Position numbers and translations under genes: made by a program
The notes under the pieces: model-generated
The model's database searches: none
Seen by the model: the letters and a program-made list of their open reading frames with translations, nothing else
Told to the model about the DNA's origin: nothing
Part shown: piece by piece, positions 50,601-64,000 of the stretch
Layout of the letters: each line of letters opens with the position of its first letter
Numbering within the stretch: the stretch's first letter is position 1
From: Lama guanicoe
Taxonomy: Eukaryota
Direction: 5' to 3'
DNA length: 64,000 nt
NCBI GenBank assembly: GCA_013239625.1
Contig: MU054187.1
Coordinates: 5,405,757 to 5,469,756, forward strand

Positions 50601-53600
50601 CAATTTCACCTCTAGATTCTAATAATGCCATTAATTTTAATTCTTCCAAACACTTAAGTTCAATTTGAATTCTAAATCCTGATTTTCTGTTGATGAGGAT
50701 TCTGGACAATGATGCTTCCTGCATCTTGGGTTGAAAATTTCAAACAGCATTTAAAAAAAAACCATTTTACTTTCATATGTAAGAAAGTAGCTGAGGTTTT
50801 CAGTATCATTCCATTACAACAAATGGGTATGAATCTACTATTGTTAAAAGTTGATACGTATTGATTTGTGATTCTTTTCTGAGTGACTCATAAAGGGACA
50901 GTTGACATCATTATACAGTATTTTAAGGATACTTTTTAAAAGTACACATAGACTTTATTGCAAGTAAACTAAAAATACAAAAATCAGTTCTTGTGAAATC
51001 TGTAAAGTAGGAAATACTTATACATTGGACATATTCATTGCAAATGGTGAAATCCCCAGCATTATTAAGTATTGGCTAAAACCAATTAGTTAGGGAAGAA
51101 AAAATAGTTTTTCAATTAACTGCTTAAACAAAATGCAATCTAAGTGTGACATTCAAAGGTCAAAAGGAAATGCAATACCAAAGAAAATTCAAAATGTTGA
51201 TTTAAAAATTCAAAATAAAGATCAAAAAATGTAAAATTCTAAATAATATAGAATTCAGAAGACAAAAGAAAACTCATTCACTTTTTCCTATTAATTCCAC
51301 TTTTGGGGATTCCTCAGATGGAAATCATCAAACTGAAGTAAAATTCCACAAGGATGTCCATTGCAGAGAAATTTACAATAGCAGCAGTAAGAAAATTACC
51401 CAACTAACAAGATCTTAGTGTTCAACTGTGGCATCTAATCTCAGCAAATTATTATGAATTCAGTGAAATGCTTAAATTATTCAAAATTTATGTACATTGT
51501 ATTATCATGTATCTACATGTGGACAAAAAGCCTTGGGTTGATCAAATTTAAACAGAGGTGAGAAAATTTTAGGAAAAATTGTAGTTGCATTTTTTATTTA
51601 AAATATTGATTTCTCATAAAGTCTTTACTTCCTTAAAAATGCTAATTTCAAAAAGCTACTTTGACTGATCATTTTCAATATGATGCAGCAGACAGTACTA
51701 TGTCATCTAGCAATTATAGGACTTCTGAAATTCAAACTTACCTAATTTAAACTTAGATGATATCCCATAGGTCATTGGTACAGCAGTTGTTTACAACATG
51801 CAAAAATGTATTTTCCTTCTGAAGTAATATTAATGATAAATAGAATACTGTACATTTACCATGAAAATTTTCTCTTTAAGTGTTTTCTCTTTAAAAGGTT
51901 TGTTTTCCTCTTTATTAGTACAAATATATGCTAAAGATGTTGTTGTATAATTCAGAATAAGCATAACCAGGGGCTTTTTTTGGAATGAAGTTTATGAATG
52001 TTTTAAATGTCAACATCTCGTCATGATTGTTAAACGTCACCATGTCATGGTTGTTTCTATTTTCCAGGTTGAGCGTTTCTCCGACTCGCTGTTCTTGTTT
52101 TGGGAGCTGGCACAGAGGCCATAGGAGATCTAGCTTTATTTGAAAGAAATATTAAATTGAGCATTTTTGATTCAAGGAATTTTCCTCCCACCCTGGAAAC
52201 GATGCCAGAGCAGATGCCCTTGGGGCAAGGCTCGCCCAGGGGTCGTGTACCATCTTGTTCCTTCTACTGAACACGATTTTACTTTTGCAAGCACTCCCCA
52301 ATTTACTGTACACGACCAGGAAAATTGGAATTTCTGTTCAGCTTTTCAGGAACAACTCTATTTTGTAATTGAGAGGGAACGGTATTGCAAGTTGTGTATC
52401 CTGGATTTGTTCACATTTTGTTGGGTAAATAGACATGAGCAGTTGGTCTGATGACATTCATGAAGTGATTTGCACCTTTGCGCTCTGTTAATATAAGGTG
52501 TTATACATTTTGAGTTAAAATAAAATCGAGCATTATTCTGGTTAAAAGACCACCTGATACAACACAAACTTTGAAACCACGGTCCCTTATTCTTCACTGG
52601 CTGCTGAGTGAATAAGACACCGCTTTTAAATTAGAATGATTAAGAAAAACATTCCTTCAAACTTCAAACACAGGCATGCATTTTAGGGTTCCCTGAGCAA
52701 AACAAATGTGGACTCATGTTTATGTTCATGGAGAACACTGGTCACTCTGCAATGTTAACTATCTGGCTTTGGAAATGGGTTTTAGAAGGCGCGAATAATG
52801 TGTGGCTTGTTAAACTTCTTCTGATACTGTATTTCAGAGACGAAGGTAATGACTGATCATTTCAAAATGATCAAAAAAAGCATTGATTTCTAAAGGAACT
52901 GGTTGATAGCAGATGGCTTTAGCCAGAGTAGACTTCTTTTGGCTGTTGATTTGGTGATTCTCCTTGAAACATTAACAATTGGTGGCATTCATATTTTCCT
53001 TCACGTTTCATATACACACCTATGTTGATATCACGGGCAGAGACATTCAAAATTAGAAAACCACATGCTCAGGGAGAAAGCGATTCCATCCAGATGACAT
53101 CCACACAGAGCTTGCTCTCCCTCAGTACCTTACTGCCCTCACTGATAAGGTAAAATAAAATATAAAATAAAACAGAAATGAAATAAAATAAAATAGAAGA
53201 ATGCAATCCTTTAAAACTAAAGAAGGAACAGAATATATTTCAGAGTTGCCTTTTGCTCCCTGTGTTTTCATTCATTTTTAGTGAAAAACCTTGCATACAC
53301 AACAAACAGAAAAGTAACAGAAGTACGTCAGCATCTTATCTTCCCTACACCCAAAGTCTCTAAGAGTTCTTTCAACTAAGCATTTTAATGAACAGACCCA
53401 CACCTCCGCACCAGTAAGGCTGGAAACCATAAGGAACCTCTGTTTCTTTATCTTTCCTGTAAGAGAGCCTTCATTCATCCCCCCCTCGAAATGAAATATC
53501 TATTCTGTTCATCATTATATGAGTTTGAAGCCAAGACAGTCACACTGTACAGGTCAGAAAAATAAAGGACACTTAGGACTTTCCTTTAGGGAACTTTCCT

Positions 53601-54237
53601 GTTGAGGTATCTCTATCTTCATCTGTCCTAAAATTAAAATAGCATCAGTTGTGCCCACCAGGTACCTAGTTCATAGTGCCACAGATCACACTGCCAGTAG
53701 GTTTGCCTGATGGCCTTAAATTCGTATTTCTCTAACCTTGGCGCACTACGCTCACCCTTTCTGTGCGGACTGATTCTGGATGCTGCCGCTGAAGCCCGGA
53801 AGGGACTCTTCAGGCTAAATTTTTTTCTTCTGTGGTCCTATTGGCAAGTGTCACCTCGGCCACCCTTTGGAAATGTCACAGGGCTCATAACCACGGACAA
53901 GGAGGGCGCCTTAACTGCTCCCAGTGATTCACTTTGGGATTAGAGTAGCCCTTCCACCTGGGGAGATGCATTTATTGTCTGTTATGGGCAAGATGTTTTG
54001 CTAGTTCTTTTATCAGAATATTTTGACCTACTGTCTGGCATCTAGCTTGAGGCATAGCCTTGAGCTCCTTGGAGGTAAATGGTCAAAGGAAACCTTAATC
54101 TCCTCCTGTGTGAGCTCAGGGTGGCAGTGGGATGGTGGGCTGAGGCCCCAGGTATAAATCAATGCTATCCTGCTAGAGTTACTGTGACAACAGAAAGAAA
54201 CAAGCTATCATTACTCCACCACGGACTATTCCTTTTG

Positions 54238-54274
54238 TGCGTGTGTGTGTGTGTGTGTGTGTGTGCGTGCGTGT
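54238..54274. repeat. (GT)n microsatellite
   Basis: Direct reading of the sequence. Confidence 0.95.
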
Positions 54275-56502
54275 AAATTATAAATATTACTTTTTCTCCC
54301 CACCTTCAGTTTTTAAAATGTGGTTTCACATTTCATTTAATGCTAAATGGTTCATTACATAGAGTAGCAACTCAGTTCTCTTATTACGGTGTTATCTTTC
54401 ACTTTGTCAAAATATGTCTACTTGATAAGAAATCTGACAGAAGTTGCTTATGATGGGAGCACTAACAGCCATCAGTTTCTCTCTGGCAAATGAAACTGTA
54501 ACCATGGTGACGGCCCTTTTTTTGCCAGAATGAAAATGAGACAGCCTCTGCTGCAGCCATTAGCAGAATACACAAATGTCCCTCAAGGCAAACATCTAAA
54601 GCAAATGGACTGCAAAGGAAGGAGCACTAATTTCTATTTATTTAGGGTTTGTAAACCTAGCAGAGCAAGATATTAACAAAGGAACAAACAAAGACAGCTT
54701 CAAAAATCCCTGCTGTTTGTGTTTCTCTTTGGTTTATGAAACTCCTTGTTTCAAATCTAAAATTCTCCAGTCCAACGTCCCTCCGCTAGTACTGAATAAC
54801 ACCAACAATGTGCTTTTAGTCTCCCCCCGGATATGTCTTGGGTTTTCCTCCCCAGCCCCCTCCACAGCCTTGCGTAAAGGGGCAAAGAGAACTTAATCAA
54901 TCAAGTAGAAAAAGTACGTTAAATGATAAGGTGTTTCTTCCTATATCTTTTAAATGCGCCTTTTAGGGAAAACTATCAAAAACGAAATACAAGATGTCTT
55001 TTTTCATACACTTTAATTCTCAGAGAGGCGTGTTGGTTCTGATAAGGTGCACAGAAGCTGATAATAAGTCTATCCTAACACTATCAGCAATCAGCCACGG
55101 CTGTCAGAGACCTTTTCAAGGGGCAGCCCCTTCTCACTGTCTTATTCACCATTAGACTCAGCTCACCAGACGCTGCTTGGTGCATACAGATAATCTTCGG
55201 ACAGACATGGCTTGGGTGGAATTTCTTTAGCCATCTACCACATGAGAAAGTGATTATTTTGAACTCCTACGTCTAAACCAAAATATTGGTTTAAATGGAT
55301 TCTAGGTCTCTGTCTCTCGTTCTCTTCCTCATGTCCTCCTCTGTCTCTCCTCCCTCCCTTCCCTCCTTTCTTTTCTCTCCAATTATTCTAGTGATCAAGC
55401 AAAAATAGTATTTTTTCCAGGGGCTGATCCAGTTTATTCGCTCTAAGTGTCTACTTAAGTTTTAAGTTACACTCTGATCAAAGGAGCAAAGGACTTCAGT
55501 ATCTCCCAGGAAGCCTGCTAGAAGCCTCCTGAAGGCCCACTGACATGTACATCACTTTGGACACCTGCTGCCAGGCCAGAAAGGCATGCAAATATCAGGT
55601 TCAGGCGAGGAGATTTTTGTCCAGCGTCTTACTCAGAAGGTCTGAGTTAAGAGATGCGGAAGCCCACTGAGGGGATCAGTCTAAAAACCTGTGGTTATAT
55701 CTATACCATTAACCTGTGTAATCTGTCTGTCACTGACCACAGTGTATCCATTCTGCATAGCCATCTCTTGAATGATTCTTTTCCTGGGTTTTTTCCCCCC
55801 AGCTATTTATTGGGTGGATATCAATGATCTGTGTATTTGTTTTTTCTGGACAATTTTTGAGTTGCTCCTAGCCAGATATTCCCCAACTCATCCTTAAGCT
55901 GCCAGACATCTAAGAGACATCTCGATACAAAAATCTCTAAAACTGATGGAGTCAACGGAAAAGGGAGTCAGGCATTGATTTTTGAACCTGAGAACCAAGT
56001 TCAGTTTGTAGCATTTCCTTTTCGGGGTCATTCTTTTATGTTTACTTGAGTCAGTGTTCTTTGTGGTGGAGTGAAAGTAAAAGTATTTTAACCCATAACA
56101 ATAATACCCACTAACTTATGTCTCTAGCTTGCAACTTATTTTAAGAACTTTTTAATAAAAAAGACTTGTCTGAGAATTCACCAAATATATGTGGAGTGCC
56201 TCATGTACGGAAGACACAGTCTAGACACCAGCATAGTAGATGACATGTGGTTTGTATAGAAAGAGCTGAAGGGCTATGATAACAGTATCTGTTATGTTTC
56301 ACAAGCGCCAGGCACTGGGAGGTGGTGGGAACACCATGAAGGAGCGGAAGAGGAGTAATAAAATCTGTCCTTGGGTAATTAATTATATTGGGGACGGAGA
56401 GCTGGAATCAATGAATTTTATAATAAAGGAGAGGAGAGAGTCAGGTATCTCTCTGAGATTTTGGTGTTTCCAACTCAAATGTAAACAAAAACTGATAGAG
56501 AA

Positions 56503-56590
56503 TGGGTAGAGCTCAGTGGTAGAGCACGTGTTTAGCATGCATGAGGTCCTAGGTTCAATCCCTAGCACCTCCATCAAAAATAAATAATCA
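56503..56590 (+). mobile_element. tRNA-derived SINE head (Vic-1-like)
   Basis: AGCTCAGTGGTAGAGC (A box), GGTTCAATCC (B box), then A-rich tail; same family as 31639-31798. Confidence 0.8.
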
Positions 56591-59500
56591 ATCACTTGAT
56601 GCTTACTTGAAGCCACTACCATATAATCTGCAGCCTCAAACTCAACTCCAGTTAAAAGCTACCTCTTCAAGATGACAGACAGGAGACTGGCAGTCTGACA
56701 GTCACCATTCTTTATAGTAGCTTGAGCGCCACTTTTGAAGTTTTACTGCAACAGGAGACTTTGTAAGGGAGGTGAACGAAAATTCAAATGGTCCATATGA
56801 TTCTAAATTTCTTAATGTCTGAGAATATACTCTTTGAGAGCATGGACAATTACTTGTCTTTAATCTGTGCAAGAAGCTTCTAGAAGACCTCCATTGAAGA
56901 GTTCTGCCTCCCAGAGGCTGAGTCGCGCTCAGGTCTGAAGCCAGCAGTGAATTCCGCTGTGCTTTCCCGGTCTCCTTCATGTAACTTGCACAACGCTTTA
57001 GCAACCCCGCTGGCAAGAACTACTTTCTCATGATGGCATCCAAAAATCTAACTCACGCTTAGGGATAAATCACAATTTATAGAATTTATAAAATGACTTG
57101 CTTGTTCAAAAGCCACCTAAACGAGTGGGTAAATGTGCCTCTAATGAAGGGACTGCTGTGCGCACCATCATTATGCTTTTGGGGAGATCAACTTTCCACG
57201 CATCCCTAAAAATCATGGTCCGTTATTCTGAACTGTAAGGCCGGCCTGACAATGGCCATGCTGGGCTCTCTCAGCCAGACTTGATGGGCCCAGAGAAGAC
57301 AGAAGGCAAATACCTCAACTAATTCACTCCGCGAGCACTTGTGCTGATTCCTACTGTACTAAACTGACTAGCCATGCAAAAAATAGGATTAACTGTCCAA
57401 TTAGGAACTTGCGGTATTTTTTAAACCATTCAGCTTGCCTATACCAGGAAGTTATTAATAAAATAAGCCATTAAATTCCAGATAGACAGTAGTTAAGTTC
57501 AGCACTTCCTTCTTTATCAAATCATGTTTCAACTCACCTAAAAGCAATACCAGGCTTCCAGCTTTCAAAATAAATGAAGGCTACTCAATAAATGCCTAAT
57601 GCCCATAAAAATCTGAGCCAAGTGAGTGTGTTATTTCAGGCTGGTATTTATCCCTGGGGGTAAAGTTTTGTGGGAAGCATATAAGAATGTAAGTATGTTT
57701 CAATGCATATCATATTTATTAAAATACTTTTTAGCATTCTTGTGTTTTTCTTGACAACTTAGAAATATATCATTCAAGCAAATTAAGTTAAAAGCATGTG
57801 AAAATGATGTTGATTTCATTTCTATTTCTTAGTAGTAAAAATTCTCTTTTAATGCTTGTTTCTTCTTTTAATTATTGACTTTTTCTCTAATCTTAAAAGA
57901 CTCACAAACTTCACCTTTAGATGGGGTTTCCTTGATGGTGAATAGTCACATGATAATTTTAATGATCTCAGTTAAGACTAAGTGAGGCAAAGTTTTCAGG
58001 AAGTTGAGCATAAAACAGACCTTAGAGCTCTGGTTTCCTCTCTTACAGATTCTTCTGAGTCCAAGGAAGATTGGAAACTTCAACTCTTGTGCCCAAATTC
58101 CAGCCTTTTCTTAGTTTAATTTTCCATTGGCCAGACCCAGCTTGCATGAGTTCAACAAAGTCTCTTTTCCCTGCTTTATTTCAGAGCTGCGTCCTGTGGG
58201 TATACATCTGCTGATGCCCAGAGACAAATCTCACCCCCTCAGCTTCCACACACAGCTCCTGGATTTTGTACTCGACACTGTTAGTTTTAATGACTGAGGC
58301 AGAGAAAAAACACTTCTACAACACTTTTTATGATTAAGAAGTAAGAAGGCCATTGCCACTCAGCCTTTCTGCTCACAGATGTCAACGTGGTATTCAAAAT
58401 GCGTGCAGTTAAGCTCTCTACAAAACACTTTGTTGGACTTAAAACTGCTATAGTATTTTCCCTAATTTTATAGGTCATGTTGATGATATTGTTGAATAGA
58501 ATCCGTGGAATGGTTTAGATAATAAATGGGAGGTTATAGTTTTAACGGATGTTTACATTTTATTAATAATCTCATGCATTTAGCCACTTAACATGAAAGA
58601 GCTGGACTGAATAGAATTAGAGAACATAGTTGAAAATGTGCTTCCTTTTGTAACTCTAATAGAATTCATTTGTAACTTCCAGTCACTATGTATGTGGCTA
58701 CCTGAGCATTAAAGTACTTCAAATCAAACATTCATCTTCCACACACTGTTTCCTAGAGCCTCTGAATAGCTTTATAAAAACAAAACAAAACAGAGACTAG
58801 AGAACTGTAACAAACTTTGGCTCCTATATTAAACCCTGTGAACTGTTTGGTGGTACACTGTGGTAGCATCCATTCACATACCTTCTTTCAAATGTTCCTA
58901 TTTTGAGTCTGTAGTTCTAGATCATTCTCTGTGTTTTTTGTTTCCTTGGCTTAAACTTTAATGTTTTGCGACTTTCCTTAAACCAGCTATCTCTGACTCT
59001 CACACGTTCCGAAAAACCCTGGTGCTCTTTCATGAGCCCTTGGAACGGTTTCTCACAGGAGCATGACCTGTTCATGACCTGTTTGATGAATTTCAGAAAG
59101 TAAATACAGCTCATCTACCATCCAAACGTATGACTACCTCCTCATCGTTGACTATCCTCTTTGTACCGGGGATGCTGGGGATGGCAGACTCTAGTAACCG
59201 CTTTCAGGAATGTGGGAGATTGAAAAGTGTCCTCTTGTGCATGGGGCTGCCTAGCTGTCTTCCCACATGAACACTGGCAATCTGTAAACTTGAACTGGAG
59301 GATTAGAACAGTAAAATACTAAATAGTAAAGGAACTGGTGAGGTTACAACATTGGTTGTACAGAAATTTCAGTCCCTTTGACTCTTGGAGATTTTTCTGG
59401 TTTTCTCTTTTAAAAAAGTGTGTATTCACGTGGTTCCTAGGGATATGAGATGATCACATTGTAACTGATGCATACACTTTATTCTGATAACACTTCTGCC

Positions 59501-59829
59501 ACACTCTTCATCATGATAACTTATCATCAACCAGGGAGAGGTAGGAAAATAATAGAGGAGACTAGAGTATAAGGCTGATGCCAAAGGAGAAGCACAAATA
59601 AAGTTCTCTGGGGACGCTGAAGAGAGCAAGTCCTTCAAGAGGATGAAGGATTTGGCATTTGACATGAGATAGATAAACCTCCAATAGGAAAAGCAGTAAA
59701 AGGTAAGCCATTCTAGGGAGGGAACCCGTGCCTGAAGGGAGGCATGACAGAGGCAACCCAACGGCATGAATTCTGGAAACACCTATACGGAGCAGGAACA
59801 GATTTGACAACAGAGAAAGATTTGAATCT

Positions 59830-59975
59830 CACCTTTACTGTGGAGGTAAGACTTCGGACTTGTTTATACCTCAAGGTTTCATTTATAAATTAGATGCCAT
59901 GCCGTTTTATAGAGTTGTGAGGATTAAATAGAATGGTGTTTGCATACAGCCTGGTTCATAGTAAATGCTCAACAA
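59830..59975 (+). mobile_element. MIR SINE
   Basis: AGAGTTGTGAGGATTAAAT...GCCTGGTTCATAGTAAATGCTCAACAAA. Confidence 0.7.
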
Positions 59976-62024
59976 AACAGGAATCTATCAGGAGATTTTC
60001 ATGCAAGGCGGTGATACGATTTGAGCTATCTTTTTTTTTCCCTAAGCACCGATTATTCCTTGAAATTAGAAGAGAACAGAAGACGCTTCCCCCAATGGTA
60101 AACTTTAGAGAAAAATGTTTAATTTAGGGATCAGTTTCGCTATGGTTGATTCCATATACTAACTGGCTGATTGTATATTGTACCCAAAGACTCTATGCAT
60201 TGAAACTCCAACGATACTGTTAATGTGGTGAACTTTGATTATATAATGATCAGGGCTTGAAGAGACAAAGGACATAGTAAGAACTGTGCATTTTATTCAG
60301 TTAAGTAATAAGTGAGAGGGTGAGGCAGTTTTTTCAGGAAGTAGCCATAAAATCAAATTTTGGAATCATAATTCATCTGCAGAGTTATTTAGTCTGGCTC
60401 CCTCATTTTCTAATGAAGAACTTGAGGAGGGTGTAGATGAAGGTGGTGCTGTCTAAATGCCATTCTGAAGAACAGTGATAACCTTTGACAGAGTTTCACT
60501 GGTTCATGGCAAAGTAAGAAATGTTTTAATGGTGAGCTTTTTTTTAATGAAGTTAAATTTATTTATTTAAAGTTCCCATATCATAATTTTATGTCAAAGT
60601 GTTCACAGTCAATAAAATAGTAGTGAAGTAAATGTTAGGTTTTGTGTGTGTGTGTGTGCTATCCTTAGTAAGCAACGCATAAAATAATTACTTGTGTGTC
60701 ACCTTATTCCTTTTTAAAAACATTTAATAGTTCATGAAATCAAACTTCTGGAAACCACTGAGGGAAGCAACCTGAGGGTTTTCTAGGCTATCGAGTGACT
60801 AGGCTGGAGTCATAGCCCACGTGTCCTACCTCTTAATTGGGTACTGTCTTCAGAACACCTCAATGTAATTTCTATTATGAAGTGCACGTATAGGATCCAG
60901 GAAAGTACGGGCAATCTTCCACTGTTCGCTCCTCCTCACTTTTTAGGCATTCTTTTTCCTAACAAAATTTTCCCAAGTTAAGGAGAATAAAAGAAAACTA
61001 ATTTGAAACCTTCAAATACATCAATATTCATACCCAATAACTATTCTTAGAATGCTTTTATAAAGCAAGCAGTGAATGTAATGAAAATTTTTTTTTAAAT
61101 GACAATTTTCTCTGTATTTTATTTATCCCTTGACCTCTGGATAATCTAAGTTACAAGCCATGAGCTCTTTTGGCCAAGCATGTTTTGTGGAGATGGATTT
61201 TGAAATTATATACATCTTATCACTTCACAAAAACCATTTCCATATATATAGCAAATAATGAAGATATCTGATCCAAAATTTAGTTTCTCAGCCAGTTGTT
61301 TAAAATGTAGAACATATTTTTATGAAGAAATAATATTATCACTGGTGGTTTAGTTTTAAGGCTTGCTTACAAAAAACCATTTTTAATCCAGAAGGCAGCT
61401 GGGCCGTACCATCCTAGGTTCTGGTCCTGGATAAAGAGAGGCATTGTTCTTGAGAGGAAAACATCCAAAGCCCTCAGAAGTCAAGAAAGGCAAAATTATA
61501 ATTTCTAAAGTTTTAAATTTCAACGATTTACTATATATATCATCTTCTCTATGAAACATATTGTTAGCCTGTCTTTCTTTCAGCGCTATCATGGAGTGCC
61601 TTATGGAAAGTGGTAATGAGGCTGAGGTATGGATTGGAAAATCTACATTTGTGCAGGAGTGAGTCAGTGTGCCCCTTCTTGGGAAAGACAGGAGACGCGG
61701 TCTTTACTTCACACTCAGAGCTGTACTCCAGTTTGACAGAACGCCCATCCTGATGGACCCCTGTCCTTATCGTCCTGGCTTTCTCAACGCTTCCCCTTAC
61801 CCTTTCCATTGGCACAAGTCTCGGTTAATGACTGTCACCACCACTTCAAGGTGATGAGAGTATCCCTTCCCCCATCCCACTCCCCCAAAAAACCTTTCTC
61901 TCATGTCTTCCGATTCTCCCCTCCCAGACTGTCTGTGGGACTTTTTCTTCAAGTCAGTTTTCAGTCCTCAGTCATTCCTGTTTCTGCTGCTGCACAGGGG
62001 TGAGGCTGAAAGATCAGATCCCAA

Positions 62025-62210
62025 ATGGAAAGGAAAGGAGACATTATAACCAATGCTACAGGAATCAAAAGGATTATCGAAGACTGCTATGAACAATTAC
62101 ATACCACGAAATTGGGTAACAGAAATAGATACATTTATCTGGAAGAAATAGATAAATTCTTAGAAGCTCAACAACCTACCAAGACTGAATCATGAAGAAG
62201 TAGAAAATCT
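62025..62210 (+). mobile_element. L1 ORF2 internal fragment
   Basis: GGAGACATTATAACCAATGCTACAG...CTACCAAGACTGAATCATGAAGAAGTAGAAAATCT (LPRLNHEEVEN). Confidence 0.8.
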
Positions 62211-62349
62211 GGCTACTGCATTTCTCCTGGTCCTTACAATGGTAGTAGAGGGTCCTCTGCTTTCTAGCTTTGAGTGACATTATACATGTGCGTTCAGTTG
62301 CCTTAACCTCAGTGGGTTCCTGGTATTAGGAAAAGGCTGTGATTCAATT

Positions 62350-62710
62350 AGTGTGAAAACTGATTATGGAGTAACCTAGAAACATTTTTTTGAAAATCGA
62401 AGAACTGAGTTAACTTATGTTGTGAAAGTATATGAAAAAAAAAAGTGACCTCTGGCAGAAAATGTAATTTCATCAAATGTTAGTTACCCCTTCAAAATTT
62501 ACATAAAGCAACAGACACCCAGTATGACCTCTGAGCCAGCTTTTGTTTTGAGGTTTGTAAGAAGCATTTTTATTTTCACAATGTGAATTTTGAATAGCTA
62601 GAACAGTTTATAGACAAGTGTTTTAGGTGAGAAAAGGCTTTTGACACAGACGAAATCTGCCTCTATGAGAAGAAAATGCTTCCACAGTCATGCATCTCTA
62701 AGGAGAATTG
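62350..62710 (+). mobile_element. Tigger/pogo transposase fossil
   Basis: 62535 onward reads ASFCFEVCKKHFYFHNV (CENP-B-type HTH end); 62637-62708 reads AFDTDEICLYEKKMLPQSCISKEN (resembles FNxDETGLxWKKMPxxTxISKE). Confidence 0.65.
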
Positions 62711-63225
62711 AGAGGGATGGACCAAGTCTTCTGATTTCTAACAAAGTATGAAGCTGGCCAATTAAGTCAGGCTTATACTCCAGTCCTACAAATTCCAGGT
62801 CAATAAAGAGTAGCTTAGCTGAAAAATTTTAGTCATGGTACTAGTTTCTGTACCAGTTTCACGAGGATTTTGTGTTAGAGTGTCATTTGAAGACTTGCAA
62901 ATGTCTCTGGTCATCTTCCTTACAAATGTCAGAGGTCTGCTCTAACTGGAGACAACAGGGAGGTGCCTCTCAAAAACCTGGAAACGAGGGAACCAGGCTG
63001 CTTTCTGAGAGGGAGATGGCTCCTCGCCTGATAGCCTGTCACAGGCATGAGCAGTCAACCCCAGCATCTAAGGTCTGATGACAAGGAGGGAAGAAGGTCT
63101 TCAATGAAAACACAGAGAATCAAGAATCGATGAGCAAATATGGACAACGCCTCGACAACGCCTCCTGGGAGAGTAGCAGGCCAACGTGGGTGTTTTCACT
63201 ATTGTAAAAACAGACACATTCGACC

Positions 63226-63405
63226 ACTGGTTTTCAAAATTCAGCATTCATCAGAATCATATGGAAGGGTTGCCGGACCCCAGCACTAAAGTTCCTGATG
63301 CAGCAGGTCTGGAGTGAGGAGTGAGGCTGGAGAATTTATGTTTTCAACCATTTCCCAGGTGACATTGATGCTCTTGGTCCTGGAACCACACTTGAAAAAC
63401 CATTG
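63226..63405 (-). mobile_element. MER5A-like hAT MITE
   Basis: CACTGGTTTTCAAA...ATCAGAATCA...TTCCCAGGTGACATTGATG...GGAACCACACTTGAAAAACCATTG. Confidence 0.8.
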
Positions 63406-64000
63406 CATGAAACTAGCAGAAACAGCTGCCAGTAAACACTTCAACCAAATGAACATCTCTCAACTTGTTTATTCCTTGTTCTCCGTGAAACCGAAGCATA
63501 TACCTTGCCTAGATAGAAAAAAAAAATCTGCTAAACAGGTCAGTGTAAGTCTTCTCTCAGCATTTAAGTTTAGCACTGTAAATTGATCGTTTGTTTTTCT
63601 GGATTTATACACTAGTCTTCTATGAGCCAAGGCCAATCTAAATTTTATTTGGTCTTGATTTACACAGTTTGTTGGGGAAGATTCTTTAAGGAAAGGAATA
63701 TAAAATTTTGAATGAAATCTTTAGTAGGAAGGTGAGTATTTATCTAGAAAATAAATCATACAAATTATAAATTGGAAAAAGCTTACAAGTACCACAAGCA
63801 TCACCACATCCAGGAAATGAAGCATCTAGCTTCTGCCTCTGTACACTTGGAAACTTGCTCTTCTCCGCTAATTACACACCCGTGCTGGGCGCCACAGCAC
63901 ACATTCACATGGGGCTACCACCTCTGGTCCTGCACGTTCATGAAGAAGCCATGTGAGTCCATGCAGGTGGAGATCAGAGAATCACTAGAAGATAGTTCTA

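Noticed and set aside
52854..52873. Palindrome TGATCATTT-CA-AAATGATCA as a miRNA or structured RNA
   Set aside because: 9-bp arms only, too short for a pre-miRNA and plausible by chance
56503..56575. tRNA gene
   Set aside because: Acceptor stem pairs poorly, an A-rich tail follows and a related SINE copy exists at 31.7 kb, so it is SINE-derived
63143..63164. 11-bp tandem duplication GACAACGCCTC (similar small ones near 18975, 20860, 46632 and 59062)
   Set aside because: Ordinary slippage duplications with no wider pattern
47..63586. Most ORFs in the six-frame track
   Set aside because: They are short, many start at non-ATG codons, have no recognisable domains, and many lie in L1, LTR or MIR repeats; this is expected noise in mammalian non-coding DNA

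Overview
AT-rich mammalian genomic DNA, most likely camelid, judging by Vic-1-type tRNA-derived SINEs. It reads as a large intron or gene-poor interval: mostly old interspersed repeats (L1, L2, MIR, CR1/L3, MaLR and ERV LTRs, MER5, MER2, Tigger) separated by repeat-free blocks that look like enhancers. There is no complete gene, and the six-frame ORF track is almost all noise. The best coding candidate is one 179-nt minus-strand exon at 11204-11382, which I cannot assign to a gene. The most notable observations are a cluster of three RFX X-boxes near 42.3 kb, a nested L1 insertion with an inverted RT (YADD) fragment, a solo ERV LTR with an intact target-site duplication (TSD), a Tigger transposase fossil, CpG-rich patches on ancient repeats, and several unexplained exon-like units on both strands. 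I found no convincing evidence of a new biological system. Repeat names come from recalled consensus sequences, not database searches, and many boundaries are approximate.
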